Origin: an uncultured bacterium
GTDB taxonomy: Bacteria; Fidelibacterota; Marinisomatia; Marinisomatales; TCS55
Direction: 5' to 3'
Length of the DNA stretch: 64,000 nt
Assembly: GCA_964539305.1 (NCBI GenBank)
Contig: CAZIIM010000003.1
Coordinates: 17,700 to 81,699 of the forward strand
Part shown: positions 57,281 through 64,000 of the stretch, in pieces
Numbering within the stretch: the first letter of the stretch is position 1
Layout: every line of letters starts with the position of its first letter
Program-made: the position numbers and the translations under genes
The notes under the pieces: generated by a model
The model's database searches: none
The model's input: only the letters and a program-made list of their open reading frames with translations
What the model was told of the DNA's origin: nothing

Positions 57281-58702
57281 ATGAAAAAAATAACCTTACT
57301 TTTTATGATCTTTAATTTATTGCTGACTTTTTCCTGCGAGGATAAATCATCTGATACAACTCCTCCTGAGATTAAAGTGTCAAACCTTGAAAGTGGGACA
57401 CATATGTATGGAACTATCCTGGTTGAAGCGGATTCTTGGGATAAGGAGGGCGTTGAATATGTTGAATTAATCATTGATAATGCTCCCACAGGCGTTACCG
57501 ATAGTGTAGAGCCCTTTATTTTAGTCTGGAACTCAGATGATTATGAACTAGGCACTACCCACACCGTCCAGTGTAAGGCTTATGATATCCACGGTAATTA
57601 TCAAATGAGCGATCCGGTGGAAATTTTTATTGACGTTACCTTCAGGAGATCCTTCCCCATCGGTTCAGGGTATTGGGAACTCAAGAACACAGTCCAGCAA
57701 ACCGCAGATGGAGGCTATATCCTCACGGGTATAAAGAATGAGGACGTCTGGTTATTAAAACTGGATCAATTTGGGAATAAGCAGTGGGAAAAAACACTAG
57801 GTGGTTCGGCATCGGATTGGGGATCCTCTATTCAACAGACAACTGATGGGGGTTATATTATTGTTGGCAGAACCTACTCCTACGGTAACGGTCAATTTGA
57901 TGTCTGGCTGATTAAGACCGATAACACTGGATCGGAGGAATGGAATAAAACTTACGGTGGCAATGACGATGATTGGGGATACGTCGTACAGGAAACTATG
58001 GATGGGGGCTTTATTCTTTCGGCTGGTTCTAAATCCTTCAGTACCAACAAGGCTGCTGACATTTGGTTGATAAAAACTGATAAAAGTGGGAATGAAGTTT
58101 GGAACAAAGTTTTAGGTACCAATTATTTAAACGCCTGGCGGAACTCCGTCCAGCAGACGAAGGATGGCGGTTACATTACTTATATGGGAATTTTTAGTCT
58201 GACTGGAAATATGGATGATGTCCAGCTTGTCAAGTTAAATGCCGATGGTCAGGAAGAATGGAGTACTATTTTAGGGGAGTCAGAAGATGAATGGTTCTTT
58301 GACATTCACAGGGTAATTAATGGAGGCTTAATCGCCACTGGAGCAAGAGCTAACGGAATGAACCGCGCTTGGTTAGTTAAGATCAGTAACGACAGCACTG
58401 TGGAATGGGAGCAAACGTTCGATTATTCAACAGGCCTATCCGTAGCTCAGACGGAAGACGAAGGTTACATTATGTCCGGATATTACCTTGATCCGTTGTT
58501 AGACTTTAAAATTATTTTATTAAAAACAGATACTTACGGTAACATGCAATGGACAAAAACATTCCCCGGGAAAGAAGGCAACGCCGTTCAACAAACAACC
58601 GATGGGGGCTATATTATTGCCGGTTTAGATGAATCAGGAATTGTCCTAATCAAGACCAATGCGGAGGGAAATGCAACCGATCATATTGAAGTTATAGAAT
58701 AA
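57281..58702 (+). CDS. Lipoprotein with an Ig-like domain followed by seven DGGY-motif repeats (probable beta-propeller)
   Basis: The ATG at 57281 gives MKKITLLFMIFNLLLTFSC (lipobox). Seven repeats of roughly W.KT.GG...D.G..VQQT.DGGYI..G......D.WL.K.D..GN follow. Confidence 0.6.
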   Translation: MKKITLLFMIFNLLLTFSCEDKSSDTTPPEIKVSNLESGTHMYGTILVEADSWDKEGVEYVELIIDNAPTGVTDSVEPFILVWNSDDYELGTTHTVQCKAYDIHGNYQMSDPVEIFIDVTFRRSFPIGSGYWELKNTVQQTADGGYILTGIKNEDVWLLKLDQFGNKQWEKTLGGSASDWGSSIQQTTDGGYIIVGRTYSYGNGQFDVWLIKTDNTGSEEWNKTYGGNDDDWGYVVQETMDGGFILSAGSKSFSTNKAADIWLIKTDKSGNEVWNKVLGTNYLNAWRNSVQQTKDGGYITYMGIFSLTGNMDDVQLVKLNADGQEEWSTILGESEDEWFFDIHRVINGGLIATGARANGMNRAWLVKISNDSTVEWEQTFDYSTGLSVAQTEDEGYIMSGYYLDPLLDFKIILLKTDTYGNMQWTKTFPGKEGNAVQQTTDGGYIIAGLDESGIVLIKTNAEGNATDHIEVIE

Positions 58703-58874
58703 GCGATGAATATCAATTAATGGGGGGCGTGTCTGTTATTTTGTGTAAATAGCATTTCTTAACCATAATAAAACATGTTTTCAAAGAGAATGGCAAAATG
58801 ATTTATCTGTCGGCTGACTAATTAAATATGTGGAGGAGCCAATTTGACACATCCACATCATACAAGATGTAACT

Positions 58875-59306
58875 ATGAAACGCCTACCTGAACTTCGTCA
58901 ACTTTCAGAAGATCATCATCATGGACTGGTGCTGGCCCGGAAGGCCCGCAGGGCAGGAACGGTTTCAAAAACACCTTCTATCACCGCCATCTGGGAAGAA
59001 GTTTTAGAGAAATTCAGGCTGGAACTGGAACCCCACTTTCTAATTGAAGAGCAGTACCTGGCGCCACCGCTGCTGGACTTAGGTGAAACTGAATTGATTC
59101 AGCGCTTTAACTTGGAGCACCGGCAATTACGGGCGTTAGTGAATCATCAAAATAACTGGTCTTTGACAGCTTTACACGCGTTTGGGAAACTGCTCGAAAA
59201 ACACATTCGTTTTGAGGAACGGGAGTTGTTTGAGGTCGCTCAGCGCCGTTTATCGGCGAATCACCTAAAAGCCATTCAGGAGGCGTACCGACCTCCAGAG
59301 AACTAG
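58875..59306 (+). CDS. Hemerythrin-like (HHE cation-binding) domain protein
   Basis: LSEDHHHGL...EPHFLIEEQYL...LEKHIRFEERELF pattern of His/Glu ligands; 143 aa. Confidence 0.5.
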   Translation: MKRLPELRQLSEDHHHGLVLARKARRAGTVSKTPSITAIWEEVLEKFRLELEPHFLIEEQYLAPPLLDLGETELIQRFNLEHRQLRALVNHQNNWSLTALHAFGKLLEKHIRFEERELFEVAQRRLSANHLKAIQEAYRPPEN

Positions 59307-59475
59307 AACCTTTTATACAGGTTGTCGATCCTTTAAATTTCAAATATGTATTATTAACGGTTTTCTTGGGAAGCCGGGAATAAAAACGTGGTAAAACTGA
59401 AACTCTCCAAATGATGTAATCGGCTGAATTTACTTTATTACCAGACTTCCTTAATTAGTTTCACGGGAGGTGAAA

Positions 59476-59616
59476 ATGAAACAGATTGGTTTTATTCTGT
59501 TGATAGGGGGAATTGTGTTAATGATGATGGACTATTTAAGCGGAGGTTTTCTGATCATTGCCGGTATTGTTTTGATGATCATCGCCTTAAAACCGGAACA
59601 GCACGGCACGGGTTAG
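59476..59616 (+). CDS. Small (46 aa) two-TM membrane peptide, absent from the ORF track
   Basis: GGGAGGTG lies 4 nt before the ATG. Translation: MKQIGFILLIGGIVLMMMDYLSGGFLIIAGIVLMIIALKPEQHGTG. Confidence 0.4.
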   Translation: MKQIGFILLIGGIVLMMMDYLSGGFLIIAGIVLMIIALKPEQHGTG

Positions 59617-59641
59617 ATTAAACAGAAAAAATTTGGGGAAC

Positions 59642-61183
59642 TTATAACCTGTAATTCACGCTGGCATAGAGATACATAATCTGATAGGCCTTGTCATAGG
59701 TGTAATCACCTGAGAGAGAAAGATTCAAGCGTGAGAAAAAGCGCCGATTCACCCCCACGGAAAGGTGGTGTTGAATATAATCCGCCAGTTTATTCCCGTA
59801 ACCGTAACTGTAAAGATCATAATTGGCATTGTAATAAAATCCAGGGGTAAACTGTTTCCAGTATCCGATTTCCGCCCTGAGACCGGTTAACAGATCGTTC
59901 CGGAGAAAACTGGTACCGATCGAATAGGAAGACAGATTGGTTTTCTGGGGCGAACGGTAATCCAGTGAGACAAGAATCGCCGGACGGTACTCCGATTTCT
60001 GGGTACGAATGTTGGCCCCCAGGCGAAACGACCCCACATTGGAGCCGGTCCACCGAATGGAGGTGTATAATCCTGAACGGAGTTCATCCCGGAAAAGTGA
60101 ATCGGGTATGACCGCCCCTGTTTTCTGGTAAACCACCTGCCGTCTTCCCGTATAGCGGGTCTGGAGGATTAAACTTCTAAACGGCCGGTAAGAAACGGAC
60201 AACTGGGTGGAAGTGGGTGTGAATTGACTGCGGTTCCGGACCTGGCCATGGCGATACATGTCCACCGTCTGATTCAGGGAAAGGGCTAATTTACTTTTCC
60301 GATCCCGGCGCAAGGACCAGTACATGAATTCCCGGTCGGTTTTTCCACTGGCATACTGTCCCACCAGGGCCAGACTGGCCGTAGTCCGAACCTGGTCTTT
60401 TCGCCGGTTCAGGTGGAAATATCCACCAATTTTTTTCAGGTTGGGGTCAAAGGCCAGTGTTTTGGGATCCGGCTGAACCCCCGCCAGAACGCCTACAGAG
60501 AGGGAGGAAACAACCCGGGAACTGACCAAGAGGCCGTCTGTCGAACCAATACCGGGCATTTCCGGAGCAAAGACACGGCCGGCCTGGAGGTAAAAACGGC
60601 TTCCAACTCGGCCCAATGTCACCCGGGCCTGGTAAAGGCTAAAACTATTGTCCAGCGTATTACTGCGGCCGTAAAGCCATAAAGTTGTCCGCAGGGGCCC
60701 TCCGGATCGAAGACGATAGTTGATACTCCCGATACCCCGCGTGTCGGAGGTTTTATTAGAAAACTGACCACTGGTATAACGGAAACTGACGTTCCCGGTA
60801 CTGCTCCAGCGGGGCAGGCGTCGTTTGGTCCTTTTTTTAGGCGGTTCCACCACCGCTTCCGGTGGAGCCGATACTTCCAGTTCCGGGGCACTGGTTTTAT
60901 CTAGAACAACCCGGTCCCCCAGCTGAAAAGTGGAGGTGGGTACGAGTGACAGACAAACGGATGATTTCCGGGCTACATTGGTCACCACCACCAAGCCCAG
61001 TTCCTGGTCCCGCCGAAAGACCGTCATGGTATCCCCCACGGTGGCACCATTGTTACTCCCCAGATCACAATAAACCCGGTCCGCTGTCAGATAGGTGATT
61101 TTCCCCTCGGAGTGGACCCCGGTCTGACCCACCGCAGCAGCGATCAACACCAGACTCATCAGGAAATATAATCGTCTAATCAC
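59642..61183 (-). CDS. Predicted outer-membrane beta-barrel protein; putative porin partner of the upstream multihaem cytochromes
   Basis: A GTG start at 61183 gives the signal peptide VIRRLYFLMSLVLIAAAVGQ and overlaps the upstream stop (GTGATTAG). A soluble ~100-aa N-domain is followed by long runs of alternating-polarity strands. The protein ends ASVNYRL. Confidence 0.55.
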   Translation of the reverse strand: MIRRLYFLMSLVLIAAAVGQTGVHSEGKITYLTADRVYCDLGSNNGATVGDTMTVFRRDQELGLVVVTNVARKSSVCLSLVPTSTFQLGDRVVLDKTSAPELEVSAPPEAVVEPPKKRTKRRLPRWSSTGNVSFRYTSGQFSNKTSDTRGIGSINYRLRSGGPLRTTLWLYGRSNTLDNSFSLYQARVTLGRVGSRFYLQAGRVFAPEMPGIGSTDGLLVSSRVVSSLSVGVLAGVQPDPKTLAFDPNLKKIGGYFHLNRRKDQVRTTASLALVGQYASGKTDREFMYWSLRRDRKSKLALSLNQTVDMYRHGQVRNRSQFTPTSTQLSVSYRPFRSLILQTRYTGRRQVVYQKTGAVIPDSLFRDELRSGLYTSIRWTGSNVGSFRLGANIRTQKSEYRPAILVSLDYRSPQKTNLSSYSIGTSFLRNDLLTGLRAEIGYWKQFTPGFYYNANYDLYSYGYGNKLADYIQHHLSVGVNRRFFSRLNLSLSGDYTYDKAYQIMYLYASVNYRL

Positions 61184-61982
61184 CACCGGACCCCCCTGCA
61201 TGACAGTTGTAGCATCTTCGGCTTTCATATTTGTAATTACTCACTTCTCCACTGTGTTTCCGATCCATTTTGGACTGATCATGTTCGTGGCAGACGCCGT
61301 TTAAGCCGCAGGAAAAGTCGGTATAATCATCCGGATTGATATGACACTCCGCTTCACAGCTGCTCCAGGTTCCCCGGTGACTGCCGGTATATATAGGAAA
61401 GAGCAGATCATGATGGGACATGTCTGCCGGAACAAAGGCCCGGGTGTTATGACAGAGAATACAATTGTCATTGCTCCCGTGTTCTGCTTCATCCACCGCC
61501 CGGCTGAAGGCCTGATAATGACAGGCAGCACATTCGGTTGTCAGTACCCCCGAGAAAGCGGTGGTCTTCACCCCGTGACAATCTTCACAAGCTAGTTGGG
61601 CATGAACCCCCTCCAGGGGAAACATGGTGCGACTATGATTTCCCCGCCAGTTGGCCATGTCCCAGGTCTGGCTATTGTGACAGGTGGAACAGTCCAGATT
61701 AAAATCTCCGGAATGAATGTCCATATGGCAGGCCTGACAATCCTTGCTGATGCGGTCAAATTTATGAATATCTTCCACCCGGGGGCCTTCGTGGCACTGA
61801 ATACATTCGGCAGACTGGTGACGGCCTTTCAGGGGGAAGTCGGTGGCGTCGTGATTAAACGCCATGGGAGCAGCCAGGGGCATCCAGGCCTGGGGAGAAT
61901 GGCACTGTTCACAGGGAATCTCCGTTAAAGTATCCGATACGGCCAGCGTGAGAAACCCGGCCAGCAGTGTACTCAACATCAT
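61176..61982 (-). CDS. Multihaem cytochrome c (8 CXXCH plus 1 CX3CH motifs)
   Basis: Signal peptide MMLSTLLAGFLTLAVS. Haem motifs: CEQCH, CIQCH, CQACH, CSTCH, CEDCH, CAACH, CILCH, CEAECH, CYNCH. The ATG at 61982 overlaps the upstream stop (ATGA). Confidence 0.8.
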   Translation of the reverse strand: MMLSTLLAGFLTLAVSDTLTEIPCEQCHSPQAWMPLAAPMAFNHDATDFPLKGRHQSAECIQCHEGPRVEDIHKFDRISKDCQACHMDIHSGDFNLDCSTCHNSQTWDMANWRGNHSRTMFPLEGVHAQLACEDCHGVKTTAFSGVLTTECAACHYQAFSRAVDEAEHGSNDNCILCHNTRAFVPADMSHHDLLFPIYTGSHRGTWSSCEAECHINPDDYTDFSCGLNGVCHEHDQSKMDRKHSGEVSNYKYESRRCYNCHAGGSGGD

Positions 61983-63724
61983 GGCTGACTCCAACGCGGA
62001 CCGATTTTAAGATGTTCCCGCCAGTCAAACTGCTGAATCCGGTCTTCCCCTCCTTCACCTCCGCCACAATCATTTTCATTGCCGTTGGGATGGCACTGGA
62101 CACATTGAGGGTCGTCAGCAGCATTGGGATTGAAAGTAACGGTCACCCCATTGATGGTACAGGATTTCCAGGTGCCCCCTTCCGAATGTTCGTTGGCAAC
62201 ACCCTGGTGACAAGGACTGAGGGTGCAGGAGAAGGTGGGCGGTCCATAGGGGTTGAGATGACAACTGGTGCAGGTTTCAGACCGGTCATTCTGATGGGGG
62301 CTGGGACTTATGGGGAACTGATGGCTGAAATTTACGTCGGTCCAGTCGGTCGTGGAAACATGACAGGTTTCACAGTTGGTATCGAGACTGATGGCCTGGT
62401 GATCCGGATCTGTAGTGGCGTTGTAATTCCCCAAGTGGCAGTTTACGCAGTCAGAGACAATTCCCTGGTGATCAAAACTGGCCCCCTGCCAGGTGTCAGT
62501 GCGGGTGTGGCAGGATTCACAAGTCTGGGTAAACCCGAAATTGGGATCATGGACCGGATCGGTGGCATTCGTGTAATCACTCAAATGACAATTGACACAG
62601 CCCGAAACGATGCCCTCGTGGTCAAAACTGGCGCCCTGCCAGGAATCAAACGTGTGATGACAGGATTCGCAGGTCTGGGTAAAACCAAGGTTGGGATCAT
62701 GGACCGGATCAGTAGCGTTGGTATAATCCTGAAGGTGACAACTGATACAGTCGGTCACAATGCCCTGGTGATCAAAAGCAGCCCCTTCCCATGTATCGGT
62801 GGCGGTGTGGCACCGTTCACAGTCTTGTGAATAGCCGATCGTACTATCGTGGACCGGTTTCGTGGCATTCACATAATCCGGTAAATGACAACTGACACAA
62901 CTCAGGACCAGGTCGTGCTGGTAGATGTGAGGTTCCCAGCCGAATTCGGAATGGCAAGCAGCGCACTCCTCTGCCGGGTAACCGTAATATTTATGATCCG
63001 GTTCATCGGTAGTATCGTAGACCTCCAGATGACAGTCCTGACAATCCGTAGGTAGATCGTATTGATTATCCACGTGACAATCGGCGCAGAGAACCGGCTT
63101 GTGGAGCCCGATCAAAGGGAAAGCGGTCAAATTGTGGTCGAAATTGGAAACCCAGGCCGGTGTCTTGTCTTCGTGGCAGCCTTGACAGTCCAGACTGAAG
63201 CCGGAGGCCACGTGATCCGGATTTTCTGCTCTCTCGTAATCGGCCCGGTGACAAGCGTAACATTCTGTCGGAGTGTAATCAAACCGGATCATGGGCTTTT
63301 CGGTATGGCACGCCTGGCAAGGGGCAAACCGGTGAGAGCCTTGGAGTGGAAAGACCGTTTTTTCATGGTTAAACGATTCCAGAATGACGGTCCAGGATTC
63401 AGGTTGATGACAGGCGGCACAATCGTTTCCCAGTGTTGTTTCATGGACGTCCAGATGACAATCGGCACACGATCCGGGTGTTTGAGAAAATTGATGCTTT
63501 TCCGCCAGGGTTGTTCCCTGATGACAGGCGGTACAGTTTTGAACCGTATGAGCTCCTACCAGTGGAAAGGCTGTTTTACTGTGATCAAAATCCCCCAGTT
63601 TTAAATCCCGCCAGTCCGACGAGCGGTGGCAGTCGCTACAGTCATATCCGCGGACTTGGAAAGATTCATTCTGCATGGCGGTGGGAAAGGACATGAATAC
63701 AATGAATAGCAAGAGGGGAATCAT
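61979..63724 (-). CDS. Multihaem cytochrome c with 20 CXXCH motifs
   Basis: Signal peptide MIPLLLFIVFMSFPTAMQ. I counted 20 CXXCH motifs in the 581-aa translation. The start overlaps the upstream stop (ATGA). Confidence 0.85.
   Translation of the reverse strand: MIPLLLFIVFMSFPTAMQNESFQVRGYDCSDCHRSSDWRDLKLGDFDHSKTAFPLVGAHTVQNCTACHQGTTLAEKHQFSQTPGSCADCHLDVHETTLGNDCAACHQPESWTVILESFNHEKTVFPLQGSHRFAPCQACHTEKPMIRFDYTPTECYACHRADYERAENPDHVASGFSLDCQGCHEDKTPAWVSNFDHNLTAFPLIGLHKPVLCADCHVDNQYDLPTDCQDCHLEVYDTTDEPDHKYYGYPAEECAACHSEFGWEPHIYQHDLVLSCVSCHLPDYVNATKPVHDSTIGYSQDCERCHTATDTWEGAAFDHQGIVTDCISCHLQDYTNATDPVHDPNLGFTQTCESCHHTFDSWQGASFDHEGIVSGCVNCHLSDYTNATDPVHDPNFGFTQTCESCHTRTDTWQGASFDHQGIVSDCVNCHLGNYNATTDPDHQAISLDTNCETCHVSTTDWTDVNFSHQFPISPSPHQNDRSETCTSCHLNPYGPPTFSCTLSPCHQGVANEHSEGGTWKSCTINGVTVTFNPNAADDPQCVQCHPNGNENDCGGGEGGEDRIQQFDWREHLKIGPRWSQP
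62327..62926 (-). repeat. Four tandem ~150-bp (50-aa) dihaem-module repeats inside the 20-haem cytochrome gene
   Basis: The protein units FDH.GIV.DC..CHL.DY.NATDPVHDP..GFTQTCESCH...D.WQGAS recur with a 50-aa period. At DNA level, caggattcac (62511) recurs as caggattcgc (62661), which is a 150-bp period. The two central copies (62477..62776) are the most similar. Confidence 0.8.
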
Positions 63725-64000
63725 CGAATATCACCCGTCAGTGTATGGCAGTCCACACAGCGATGGGGAACAGGTCGGTAACGGGTGAAAGTACTGACGC
63801 GGTCCATTTCTTTTCGATGGCATTTATCGCAGGCCACATTTCGATGCTTGCCGTCCAGGGGGAATTTGCTCTGGGCATGGTCGAAGTTTACGGCGGTAAA
63901 GGCTGAAGCGTTGTGACACTTTTCACACCGATTCCTAAAATGGAGCTTGAACTGACCCCGATGCACATCCTCATGGCAGAGGCTGCATACCGGGTCCCTC
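63721..64000 (-). CDS. Multihaem cytochrome c; 5' end outside the window
   Basis: The frame is open to the window edge (...RDPVCSLCHEDVHRGQF...). CSLCH, CEKCH, CDKCH and CVDCH are visible in 93 aa. Confidence 0.75.
   Translation of the reverse strand, partial: RDPVCSLCHEDVHRGQFKLHFRNRCEKCHNASAFTAVNFDHAQSKFPLDGKHRNVACDKCHRKEMDRVSTFTRYRPVPHRCVDCHTLTGDIR

Noticed and set aside
57124-57489. N-terminal 122-aa extension of merR (listed as the 260-aa ORF 56707..57489)
   Set aside because: The MerR HTH begins right at the ATG at 57123, which has an AAGGAG RBS. The extension would run through the operator/promoter and overlap the divergent lipoprotein gene start.
58828-58858. 7-bp inverted repeat ATGTGGA/TCCACAT enclosing a perfect TTGACA upstream of the hemerythrin-like gene
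   Set aside because: No acceptable -10 hexamer exists at a workable distance, because a 17-bp spacing would put the transcription start past the ATG at 58875. Promoter or operator status cannot be supported from sequence alone.
61967-62830. 287-aa plus-strand ORF with striking internal repeats (GFTSLGKPEIGIMDRIGG...)
   Set aside because: It is the antisense image of the tandem dihaem repeats in the 20-haem cytochrome gene. The minus-strand frame carries 20 CXXCH motifs and a signal peptide, so that frame is the real one. The same reasoning applies to 63062..63604.

Overview
Densely coded 64-kb chromosomal window with about 60 CDS and one tRNA-Arg(TCT). I saw no rRNA, CRISPR array, transposase or integrase. 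GC looks close to 50% by eye, with AT-richer patches at about 50.6-51.4 kb and 57.2-59.6 kb. The gene content points to an uncultured Gram-negative bacterium: an LPS-core/MsbA locus, Omp85, TolB-like and SecDF genes. A T9SS-type C-terminal sorting domain hints at the FCB group, but that is only a hint.

Main blocks, in order:
- (1) 0.5-16.4 kb: two divergent operons that read as a cell-wall amino-sugar / anhydromuropeptide salvage locus. They hold a NagB-LmbE fusion, two Na+/solute symporters, a DUF1460/AmiA-like amidase, a GH3-beta-lactamase fusion, NagZ, a BadF-type sugar kinase, SpoIID and an HGSNAT-like acetyltransferase.
- (2) 18.3-28.9 kb: one co-directional string, msbA-GT4-GT9-MIPS-nucleotidyltransferase-3x TagF-like-GT9. 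My top candidate for an undescribed system is a CDP-inositol-dependent phospho-inositol glycopolymer or LPS-core decoration pathway encoded here.
- (3) 29-46 kb: housekeeping genes (hemW, xth, tdh-kbl, secDF, an ABC-2 exporter, ogt). This block also contains a Dak2-DegV fusion that overlaps plsY, plausibly a single-chain fatty-acid kinase.
- (4) 46.2-49.8 kb: an Omp85 / TolB-like / lipoprotein operon.
- (5) 49.9-50.5 kb: a tiny basic tandem-repeat protein and tRNA-Arg.
- (6) 51.5-57.2 kb: a mer operon (merR-merTP-merA) extended by DUF302, a Cys-free membrane protein, a thioredoxin-like protein and a tandem-duplicated CcdA-like protein.
- (7) 59.6-64.0 kb: a translationally coupled operon of three multihaem cytochromes c plus a predicted beta-barrel outer-membrane protein, that is, a porin-cytochrome-like conduit. 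It runs off the window edge.

All functional calls come from motifs read in the supplied translations. No database search was possible.
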